In this document: positions 40,505-48,350 of the stretch, piece by piece
Layout: each line of letters starts with the position of its first letter
Numbering within the stretch: position 1 is the stretch's first letter
Assembly (NCBI GenBank): GCA_049700215.1
Contig: JBNAVT010000008.1
Span: 860-64,859 of the forward strand
Direction of reading: 5' to 3'
From: Thermoproteota archaeon
Lineage (GTDB): Archaea > Thermoproteota > EX4484-205 > JAAOZP01
Length of the DNA: 64,000 bases
The notes under the pieces: generated by a model
The model's input: the letters and a program-made list of their open reading frames with translations, nothing else
What the model was told of the DNA's origin: nothing
Databases searched by the model: none
Position numbers and translations under genes: made by a program

Positions 40505-40765
40505 TTGTCCGGTTACCGTTGGGGCTGGCGGCGGAGAAAGGGCCCGGGAAGACCCATTAAGCCGAGAGTGATCAACGGTTTTCCGAGGGCTAACAGGTTT
40601 ATCCCAGCGTCTTTGGAGGGGACTTCCATTTCTAGCGAAGAGCGGGTTAAGATGACTATTGATGAGTATGAAGCACTGCGGCTAGTTGATTACGAGGGCT
40701 TACTGCAGGAGGAGGCGGCTCAGAGGATGGGTGTTTCATGGAGCACTGTGGCGGTGTTTAAGTAG
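40505..40765 (+). CDS. DUF134/UPF0251-family predicted DNA-binding protein, C-terminus apparently disrupted
   Basis: GRPIKPRVINGFPRANRFIP ... LLQEEAAQRMGVS matches the UPF0251 consensus. The expected C-terminal continuation (SARKKVATMLAEG / ELVIASND) is found in two other frames within 40750-40835. Confidence 0.5.
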   Translation: MSGYRWGWRRRKGPGRPIKPRVINGFPRANRFIPASLEGTSISSEERVKMTIDEYEALRLVDYEGLLQEEAAQRMGVSWSTVAVFK

Positions 40766-40875
40766 TGCGCGGAAAAAGGTGGCAACTATGCTTGCCGAGG
40801 GGCGGAGCTAGTTATCGCATCGAATGACACGTAGCCTCCTTGGGTGAGCTTTTTAGGGAATTTTGTGCAAAGGCA

Positions 40876-40887
40876 AAATTTATATAT
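40876..40887 (+). promoter_or_regulatory. putative archaeal TATA box (AAATTTATATAT) upstream of the small-protein operon
   Basis: AT-rich TATA-like element about 35-45 nt upstream of the ATG at 40920. Confidence 0.3.
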
Positions 40888-40919
40888 GTGCAATTGCACG
40901 AAATAATTGGTGATGGAAG

Positions 40920-41117
40920 ATGGGACGGAGGGGCCCATGGCCTGGAGGGGGGCCGTTCAGTTTCCTGCCACCGTGGCAGAGGCCTGGCTGGTGGTGGTTC
41001 GGCAGGGGTGCGTGCTGGTGGCTATTTAACCCGTATACCGCGGTCACACCGTACTATTATCCACCGTATAGCCCGTACTATGGAAGAGGATACTATTACC
41101 CGTATGCTTGGAGGTGA
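40920..41117 (+). CDS. small W/Y/P/G-rich protein (DUF5320-like N-terminal module, no coiled-coil tail)
   Basis: 65 aa: MGRRGPWPGGGPFSF...YYYPPYSPYYGRGYYYPYAWR. Composition matches the N-termini of the next two proteins. Two other frames are also open here (40840..41121 and 40913..). Confidence 0.4.
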   Translation: MGRRGPWPGGGPFSFLPPWQRPGWWWFGRGACWWLFNPYTAVTPYYYPPYSPYYGRGYYYPYAWR

Positions 41118-41123
41118 TTAAAA

Positions 41124-41609
41124 ATGGGGTATAGATGGAGGAGAATGTACTATCTGACGGGGCTGCCTGGCTGGATGAGGTTCGGCTATTCACCAGGATG
41201 GGTAGGCAGATCGCCTACAGGTCTTCCGCCGACAGCGGAATGGATTATTTCAAGCGGCCTAATGCCGCAATACAGGCAGTATCTCTCAGGCAAGCGTGCG
41301 TCGCAAATTCCGTTGTACACGCCTGGGGCTCCTGTAAGCAAGGAGGATGAGATCCGGATGCTGGAGGAGCAGGCTAAATCCATTGAAATACAACTTGAAG
41401 CAACGAGAAAGAGGCTGGAAGATTTGAAGAAGAGTCCTTCGGTTGAAGAGTCTCAAACTTATTACCCGCTGCCTTTCATGGGGCCGTCACCCCGGGAAGA
41501 ACTGGCTCAGCTCGAGGACTATAGAAGGCACTTGGATGAGGAGGTTAAAGGCGTTGAAACGAGGATCGAGGAGCTGAGGAAGCTCCTAGAAAAAGAACAA
41601 TCTAAGTAG
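41124..41609 (+). CDS. DUF5320-like protein (W/G-rich N-terminus + conserved C-terminal coiled-coil motif)
   Basis: SKEDEIRMLEEQAKSIEIQLEATRKRLEDLKK motif plus a second degenerate copy. GGTGA spacer before the ATG. Confidence 0.55.
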   Translation: MGYRWRRMYYLTGLPGWMRFGYSPGWVGRSPTGLPPTAEWIISSGLMPQYRQYLSGKRASQIPLYTPGAPVSKEDEIRMLEEQAKSIEIQLEATRKRLEDLKKSPSVEESQTYYPLPFMGPSPREELAQLEDYRRHLDEEVKGVETRIEELRKLLEKEQSK

Positions 41610-41622
41610 GAGGTGAACATGT

Positions 41623-41865
41623 TTGCCATACGGCATGGGACCGTGGGGTTGGTTCACATACCCGTATTGGGCTTGGTGGAGGTGCAGATGGTTCCCCTGG
41701 CTCCCGAGATGGTGGTGGATGGGAATATATGGTCCAATAACACCCTACTGGATGCCTCCGATGTCGAGGGAAGATGAAATAGCGATGCTACAGGAAGAGG
41801 CGAGGATACTCGAGCAGGAGCTGGACGCGATTAGGAAGAGGCTTGAAGAACTCGGGAAACAGTGA
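41623..41865 (+). CDS. DUF5320-like protein (Trp-rich N-terminus + coiled-coil motif)
   Basis: MPYGMGPWGWFTYPYWAWWRCRWFPWLPRWWW... followed by SREDEIAMLQEEARILEQELDAIRKRLEELGKQ. Confidence 0.55.
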   Translation: MPYGMGPWGWFTYPYWAWWRCRWFPWLPRWWWMGIYGPITPYWMPPMSREDEIAMLQEEARILEQELDAIRKRLEELGKQ

Positions 41866-41871
41866 CATGAG

Positions 41872-42468
41872 ATGAAGGTAGCAGTGTCCGCGGCCGGTGG
41901 AAGCCTGGATTCTCCGGTTGACCCCAGGTTTGGCCGATGCCAGTATTTTGTCATCGTTGACATGGAAACAATGTCGTTTGAAGCTATTCCAAATACGAGT
42001 ACGGGGTTGATGGGTGGTGCGGGGATTCAAGCAGCACAAGAGATAGCAGGCAGAGGTGTTGAGGCAGTGATAACTGGGAACGTTGGTCCGAACGCATATC
42101 AAGTACTTTCTTCCGCAGGGATCAGGATCTTGATAGGAGCATCCGGAACAGTAAGAGAGGCTGTTGAAATGTTCAAAAGAGGGCAACTCCAAGATGCTGC
42201 TGCATTAGGCCCTCCTGAGTTCGGAGCAGGCCCAGGTAGGGGCAGAGGGTTTGGAACCGGAATGGGTAGAGGCATGGGGCGCTTCTTCCCCCCACCTTAT
42301 CAACAAGCACCTGTGAGCCGACAGACGCAAGCTGCATCCATGTCTAGAGAAGAAGAGATACTGATGTTAGAGAGGCAAATGGATTCCTTGCAACAGCAAC
42401 TGAATCAAGTAAGGAAGAGGCTTAAAGAGCTGAAGGGTGCAGACCAAGAATCTTCAAAATCCGAGTGA
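41872..42468 (+). CDS. NifX/NifB-like (dinitrogenase FeMo-cofactor-biosynthesis family, COG1433) domain fused to Gly/Arg-rich linker and DUF5320-like coiled-coil tail
   Basis: N-terminus MKVAVSAAGGSLDSPVDPRFGRCQYFVIVD...AVITGNVGPNAYQVLSSAGIRIL. C-terminus GRGRGFGTGMGRGMGRFFPPPY...SREEEILMLERQMDSLQQQLNQVRKRLKELKG. Confidence 0.7.
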   Translation: MKVAVSAAGGSLDSPVDPRFGRCQYFVIVDMETMSFEAIPNTSTGLMGGAGIQAAQEIAGRGVEAVITGNVGPNAYQVLSSAGIRILIGASGTVREAVEMFKRGQLQDAAALGPPEFGAGPGRGRGFGTGMGRGMGRFFPPPYQQAPVSRQTQAASMSREEEILMLERQMDSLQQQLNQVRKRLKELKGADQESSKSE

Positions 42469-42824
42469 GGGATGAGGATATGAGTAGGCTTAGAATCGCG
42501 ATCTCAACGAAAGGGGAGAAGGGTTTAGAGGACGAGGTTTCAGAAGTGTTTGGTAGAACAAATACTGTCACAATCGTGGACATGGTAAACGGAGAAGTGA
42601 AGAACGTGCAGGTGCTTAAGAATCCGGCTGCATCCTTCAAGTTCGGCGCCGGCCCTATTCTGGTCAAGACCCTAATAGATATGGATGTAAATGTCGTGGT
42701 ATCAGGTGAACTTGGTCCAAGTGCTTCAGAGTTGATTGAAGACCATAAGATATCCAAAGTCATCGTAAAGCCAGGCACGCCAGTGAAAGAAGCCATTAAA
42801 ACTATTGAGTTACAGTTAAGCTGA
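42465..42824 (+). CDS. NifX/NifB-like (COG1433) domain protein
   Basis: LRIAISTKGEKGLEDEVSEVFGRTNTVTIVD...VVVSGELGPSASELI. Start overlaps the previous stop. Confidence 0.7.
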   Translation: MRDEDMSRLRIAISTKGEKGLEDEVSEVFGRTNTVTIVDMVNGEVKNVQVLKNPAASFKFGAGPILVKTLIDMDVNVVVSGELGPSASELIEDHKISKVIVKPGTPVKEAIKTIELQLS

Positions 42825-42857
42825 GATACATTAAATAATTCGCAAACTACACAAGGC

Positions 42858-43334
42858 TTGGCGTCAAAAACAGGATCTTCTTCGGTGCTCGAAACATTAA
42901 CTTTTGGTCCTGTTCCATCTCCTGTTCCATCAAGACGATTAGGTAGGAGTTTGGGAGTGAATAACATTCCACTGAAAAAATGCACGTATTCATGCGTCTA
43001 CTGCCAATTGGGGAAAACTAGGAATACAACCACCGAAAGGAGGATCTTTCATGAAACAGAGGAGATTTTCCAAGCTGTGAAAAGAAAAGTCGATGAAGCA
43101 ATGCTAAGGAACGAAAAGATCGATTATTTGTCTTTCGTCCCGGATGGGGAGCCAACGCTGGAGCTTGAATTGGGCGAGCAGATTTCAGTCCTTAGGGTGC
43201 TTAACATTCCGATAGCTATCTTGACCAATGCTTCACTGGTATGGAAGGAACCTGTTAGGAAAGATTTAAGCGCGCTCTCTAAAGAAGGTGAATGCAGATT
43301 GGCAAATCATCGAGAAACTCTTACAAAGAGGTAA
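42858..43334 (+). pseudogene. radical SAM enzyme, N-terminal fragment only
   Basis: GPVPSPVPSRRLGRSLGVN...CTYSCVYCQLG (CX3CX2C) and DGEPTLE SAM-binding motif. The ORF ends after 158 aa and is followed by about 300 nt of AT-rich non-coding DNA. Confidence 0.5.
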
Positions 43335-43630
43335 GCTTAGAGAGCTTGAATATGAAAATAATACATACTATATGAGAAGATTATCATTAGAATAAAAAGC
43401 AAGACGCTGAATATGCACAAAAGGGATTGTTCTATTGAGGTTTATGAGAAGATAAGTGATTAAGGTAAATGAATTTTTAAGCCTCATATTGGGCTTAGTC
43501 TTTCATTTGATTGTTCTTCAATGAATTCACAGTGTTTAGAGGTACGTGCTGTGGAGGCAGGAAAACTAAACTCTTTTTAGCTCATTTGCTCGAGCCTTTA
43601 CACGTTCGATCATTATGCAGACGTCATATA

Positions 43631-43984
43631 TTACATCAATACTGTTTTCTTCGCAAAATTTGATGCTTTTTTCGATCCCGAGCCTGGTTGCATCCAAACC
43701 TTCGTGATCCCGAGTTTTCTGCAGGTTTCAACTATCTTTTCTGTTACTTCTGGAGGAACTACAATATTAACAATGTCTGGTTTTACTGGTAGGCTCCCAA
43801 GATTTGGATAACATTTATTGCCTAAGTTCTCATCTGCATTCGGGTTTACGGCGTAAACTTCGTACCCAGCATTCTTCAAATCTTTATACACTTGATGACC
43901 ATATTTCTTGGGATCACGGCTCACACCGACAACAGCGAAAACGTTTTTCTTACTCAGAAACACCCTTATTAATTCTTCACTCAT
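43631..43984 (-). CDS. CoA-binding domain protein
   Basis: NVFAVVGVSRDPKKYGHQVYKDLKNAGYEVYAVNP is typical of the CoA_binding_2 fold. Confidence 0.7.
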   Translation of the reverse strand: MSEELIRVFLSKKNVFAVVGVSRDPKKYGHQVYKDLKNAGYEVYAVNPNADENLGNKCYPNLGSLPVKPDIVNIVVPPEVTEKIVETCRKLGITKVWMQPGSGSKKASNFAKKTVLM

Positions 43985-44039
43985 ATTCGTGCTCCTACTT
44001 ACTATTCGTTTTATGTATTTCTCTTTACAGTCAATCTCA

Positions 44040-44303
44040 TTAACCCTGAAGATAGCGTGTTATTCTTGGCTCCAACATTCGTCTAGGCATTGCGCCGACG
44101 ATCCTATCTACAAGTTTTCCGTTTTTAAACACCAACAGTGTCGGGATACTCACTATTTCATACTGTGCGCTAGCTTCTGGATTCTCATCCACGTTCAGCT
44201 TTCCAAATAGGATTTTCCCGGAATAATCTCGTGCTAGCCCCTCTATAATAGGTGCAATCATATGGCACGGGCCACACCAAGGCGCCCAACAATCAACAAC
44301 CAC
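44040..44303 (-). CDS. trxA: thioredoxin (possibly 44040..44348 if the in-frame TAG at 44316..44318 is read through or erroneous)
   Basis: WAPWCGPC active site with the C-terminal thioredoxin fold. GTG start at 44303. Upstream in frame: [23 protein letters not shown], a canonical thioredoxin N-terminus. Confidence 0.75.
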   Translation of the reverse strand: [87 protein letters not shown]

Positions 44304-44638
44304 CAGCGAATGATTCTAAATCGTTTCCTTAAAGTTTGCATCAGTCATCTTAACAGGTTCTTTCAAGGATGTTTCTTGGTTTTCAAGAGCCTCTTGGTTA
44401 TGCCTATTATAGGCTCTCTTCATAATTTCTCGCATTTTTGCTTGCTTGATTCTTTCAAGCTCTGCGTCTTCATTTTTCTCCATCTAGAATACTGCGGGTC
44501 ACACATAAAATACTAGTATAAAAATCTTAAGGAAAAATAAAACCCATACCATCTTCAATGCGGGCTAAATCGTCTATCTGCCTAATTGCTATAGATTGTA
44601 CCTTACGCAGCTCCCCATCATTTGACCAAAAGCCTCGT

Positions 44639-45268
44639 CTATCTCTTAATGGTCTTTACACACAGAAAACTTCCTTGATGCGGATCATTCTTCGGGTCTT
44701 CTACAACAGGGGTGGACGAAGGCGGATAGGTTAGAGTCGATTTATAATCTACAATTTTAAAACTATGCTTTTCGAGTAGTTCTTCAAGTTCCAGTAAACT
44801 ATAGAAACGTGCATAACGGTAGAAGCGATGACCCTGTTTAGCCTTCTCAACATAAAGCTGACCCCAAGATGAATCCCTGACGATGATACACACCGCTAGA
44901 ACGCCACTAGGTTTCAAAATCCTATAAATCTCTTTCAAGACTGTTTCCGGGTCATCGAGAAAACACAAAGTAACCGTCATCAAAACATAATCAAACATTT
45001 TGTCTGGAAACGGTAAAAACTCCGCTAAGGCTCTGATAACTTGTATGCCTCGTTTCACAGCGGTTCTTAGCATCTGATTGGAAACGTCTATTCCTATTTG
45101 CACTTTCGTTGAGGAAGCGAAAATACCGGTACCAACACCTATATCGAGCCCTAACCCTTTAAGATCAAGGGCCTTAATTGCCCGTATTTCTGACTCAAGA
45201 ACTTCGGAGTGCTGAGAATACCAAGAATCATAATCTTCTGAAAATTGCTCAAACACTCTATATGACAT
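44639..45268 (-). CDS. class I SAM-dependent methyltransferase
   Basis: Motif I LDIGVGTGIF; post-I acidic residue. Confidence 0.7.
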   Translation of the reverse strand: MSYRVFEQFSEDYDSWYSQHSEVLESEIRAIKALDLKGLGLDIGVGTGIFASSTKVQIGIDVSNQMLRTAVKRGIQVIRALAEFLPFPDKMFDYVLMTVTLCFLDDPETVLKEIYRILKPSGVLAVCIIVRDSSWGQLYVEKAKQGHRFYRYARFYSLLELEELLEKHSFKIVDYKSTLTYPPSSTPVVEDPKNDPHQGSFLCVKTIKR

Positions 45269-45508
45269 TCAACACTCTAAAATAAAGTGTCCAATATAAA
45301 GGTTTTGAACTTCTCTACCTTTTAACCTATGCTAGAAGGGCCATTGCAACCCCTCCTTTCAAATCATGTGAGGAAATCTCTGTCCGTTGTTTCCACCATG
45401 CTTAAGCTTTTCACAAGTCTCCGCGAGTTCAAGGTGAAAAATTAAAAATCTTGAGATGCTCTTGGTAAGAAAAAAACTTAAATATTACAAGCCTGATACT
45501 GGCGCGCT

Positions 45509-46864
45509 ATGAAAAATGAGAATAAGTATGACATAGTGATCATCGGTGGCAGCGCAAGTGGATTTACAGCGGCATATACAGCTAAAGTGATTTATAAAGA
45601 CAAGTCCATTCTTCTTATAAAGAACGAAAGTAAAACGCTTATACCATGTGCGATACCATACTTAGCTGCTACATTAGAAAGTTGTGATAAGGATTTAATG
45701 CCATATGCGCTTCTATCCAATCAAGGAGTAAAGGTTGTGATTGACGATGTTGTTGATGTTGATAGAAATAATAAAAAAGTTGTTACTGCTTCTGGGAATT
45801 CTTATGAGTATGATAAACTAATTTTGGCTACTGGATCTTTGCCCTTCGTTCCATCTTCAATAGAAGGTACGAGCCTAAAGAATGTATTTAAAGTTTCAAA
45901 GAGATATGAAGAAGTTGAAGCTTTGCAAAAAGCATTACGAGGTGCAAATAAGATTGTTATAATTGGTGGTGGTTTCATAGGAGTAGAGCTTGCTGATGAT
46001 CTATCAAACCTTAAGAAGGATGTTACCATAGTAGAGATGCTCCCGCATTGTTTACTCTTAAATTTTGATGAGGAATTTGCAATCAAAGCAGAAGACGAGT
46101 TGAAACGGAAAGGAATAAAAGTAATAACTGGTAGAACAGTTAAAAAGATTTATGGCAAAGAGGAAGCAGAATGGGTGGAGCTTGAGGGTGGAGAGAAGAT
46201 AGATGCAGACTTGGTTGTATTTTCAGTTGGTTATCGTCCAAATATTGAATTGGCTAAAAAAATTGGCTTGAAAATTGGATACTATGGTATTCTTGTTGAC
46301 GAGTTTATGAGAACGAGCGACCCTAATATATTCGCAATTGGGGACGTGACTGAAAAAAGACATTTCTTTTTGGGGAAAACTGTGTCGATCATGCTGGCTT
46401 CAATTGCCTGTCAAGAAGCGAGAGTTGCTGTTGTGAATTTATATGGTGTAAAAGTAAGTAAAAAGATGAGTGGCCAGGTTGGAGCTTTTTCAACGAAAGT
46501 TGGAGATTTAGCATTAGTGTGCATTGGCGTTACTGAAAGCCTAGCTAAAAAGGAGAATATCGAATACATTGTTGGAAGGTCGAAGGTTGTCAATAGACAT
46601 CCTGCTTACTTACCCGGTGCAAGCGAAACAGAACTAAAGCTAATGTTCCTAAAGGATGGGACTCTTATTGGAGCACAGGCTTCTTGTGTATGCGATGAAG
46701 TTGCAGAGCTTGTTAATGCCATTGCGATAGCAATTCAGAATAAGATGAAAATCGACGAAATCATTACAATGCAGTATGGGAGCCATCCAAGGTTATCAGC
46801 ATCTCCAGTAGTAAATCCAGTTATAATGGCAGCTCTAGATGCATATAGACAATTTCAACTTTAG
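45509..46864 (+). CDS. FAD-dependent pyridine nucleotide-disulfide oxidoreductase (CoA-disulfide reductase / NADH oxidase family)
   Basis: DIVIIGGSASG and KIVIIGGGFIGVELADDL dinucleotide motifs; single redox Cys in LIPCAIPYL near the N-terminus. Confidence 0.75.
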   Translation: MKNENKYDIVIIGGSASGFTAAYTAKVIYKDKSILLIKNESKTLIPCAIPYLAATLESCDKDLMPYALLSNQGVKVVIDDVVDVDRNNKKVVTASGNSYEYDKLILATGSLPFVPSSIEGTSLKNVFKVSKRYEEVEALQKALRGANKIVIIGGGFIGVELADDLSNLKKDVTIVEMLPHCLLLNFDEEFAIKAEDELKRKGIKVITGRTVKKIYGKEEAEWVELEGGEKIDADLVVFSVGYRPNIELAKKIGLKIGYYGILVDEFMRTSDPNIFAIGDVTEKRHFFLGKTVSIMLASIACQEARVAVVNLYGVKVSKKMSGQVGAFSTKVGDLALVCIGVTESLAKKENIEYIVGRSKVVNRHPAYLPGASETELKLMFLKDGTLIGAQASCVCDEVAELVNAIAIAIQNKMKIDEIITMQYGSHPRLSASPVVNPVIMAALDAYRQFQL

Positions 46865-46915
46865 TTTACTACCAATTATAGCGTGCACTAAGGAGGCTAG
46901 GGCAGATGAATACGT

Positions 46916-47442
46916 TTAACTATTTTCAAAATATGCTCTCCCAGCATTCGCGCTTCTTTTAAGGCTTCCTCGTTCTCTCAAAATATCGCCTTTTCGGAAC
47001 GCGTAACCTGAGCATCCAGGAACCTTTATTACTCTCAATCTGTCCAGATACTCATCCATCTCGTTTATAGCACCTCCGATATTTCTTCTTCCGATAACAA
47101 CCCAAGTCCCGATCTTATTTTCAAGCTGCCCTTTTCGTAAATACCATGTTCTTTCCATGAAAGCTCTCATGCGTGATGTTACGCCTCCCATATATGATGG
47201 GCTAGCCAAAATGATGACACTTGCTTCCTTAATCTTTGGGCACAGCTTTCGCATATCATCTTTAATTATGCATTCGTAACTCTCTTCGCAGAAACAGCAT
47301 CCTTCGCACGGCCTGATATCATAGTTTTTTAAGAAAATTATTTCTGTTTTCAATTCCTTCCTTAAAACTCTTAAATTGCTTCCAATAAATAAGCCGTGTT
47401 TCCATCTTCATGTGGAGAACCAAGAATCCCAATTGCTTTCAT
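46916..47442 (-). pseudogene. iron-sulfur flavoprotein / NADPH-dependent FMN reductase-family gene interrupted by a frameshift
   Basis: MKAIGILGSPHEDGNTAYLLEAI-stop (47442..47372) in one frame. It continues as ...NLRVLRKELKTEIIFLKNYDIRPCEGCCFCEE...ASPSYMGGVT in another frame (TTG-initiated ORF 46916..47353). Confidence 0.55.
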
Positions 47443-47489
47443 TTCCTTATGTTGAACATCTATATTGTTTTTGCAACACGTGCTCCCGC

Positions 47490-48350
47490 TTATCCTATAA
47501 CTTCCTCCATTATGTTCCAGATCTGCTTTATTGCCCTGCTAATGTCGCTATCCGTAGCATAGTCGATCACCGGCAATCCATTGACTATAGCATCTACTGC
47601 AGCCTTGTCAAACGGTATTAGCCCAGCAACATCAACAGCATTCCGTCTACAATAATTCAGGATTTCCTCAGTATTCTTCTCATTAACGTCATACATGTTT
47701 ACGATAACAATCGGTTTAATTCTAAAATGATTAATAACTCGTATTAACCTCTCCAAGTCGTGAATCCCCGACATAGTCGGCTCAGCCACAGCGATCGCGA
47801 TATCTATGCCTGTCATCGTTGCGAATAGCGGGCAGCCTAATCCAGGTGGGCCGTCGATTAGAATCAAGTCAGCATTTTCTTCTTCAGCAATTCGTTTTGC
47901 CTTATTCCTAACCATTGTCACGAGCTTTCCCGAGTTTGATTCAGTAGCATTCAGTTTTGCATGAACCATTGGGCCATACTTAGTCTTTGAAGTAAACATG
48001 TACCCAGATATCTTTTCATGCGTTTTTATCGCGTTTACGGGGCACACATGATAACATACAGCGCAGCCTTCACATAAGAACGGTTCAATTCGGAGATTCT
48101 TAATAGCATTAAACCTGCAATGAGACTCGCATAACCCACACCTTATACATTTGCTTTCATCGATCTCATATAGCTTGGAGCCGTGAAACTCTCTGCTCGA
48201 CATGATTTCCGGTTTCAACAGTAAGTGTAGCATAGCTGAATCGACATCGCAATCCGCGATTACTTTATTCTTTGCCAAGCATGAAAAGCTTGCAGCTATA
48301 GTGGTTTTGCCGGTTCCGCCTTTCCCGCTGACAATCGCAACCTGCTTCAT
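47490..48350 (-). CDS. MinD-superfamily P-loop ATPase with inserted 2x[4Fe-4S] ferredoxin domain (COG1149)
   Basis: Walker A VSGKGGTGKTT with the insert CIRCGLCESHC...CEGCAVCYHVCP. Confidence 0.8.
   Translation of the reverse strand: MKQVAIVSGKGGTGKTTIAASFSCLAKNKVIADCDVDSAMLHLLLKPEIMSSREFHGSKLYEIDESKCIRCGLCESHCRFNAIKNLRIEPFLCEGCAVCYHVCPVNAIKTHEKISGYMFTSKTKYGPMVHAKLNATESNSGKLVTMVRNKAKRIAEEENADLILIDGPPGLGCPLFATMTGIDIAIAVAEPTMSGIHDLERLIRVINHFRIKPIVIVNMYDVNEKNTEEILNYCRRNAVDVAGLIPFDKAAVDAIVNGLPVIDYATDSDISRAIKQIWNIMEEVIG

Noticed and set aside
40840-41121. 93-aa Gly/Arg-rich ORF overlapping the 65-aa W/Y/P-rich ORF
   Set aside because: The putative TATA box (40876..40887) lies inside it, and the alternative frame shares composition with the following DUF5320-like proteins. 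Treated as the non-coding frame, though all three frames are open here.
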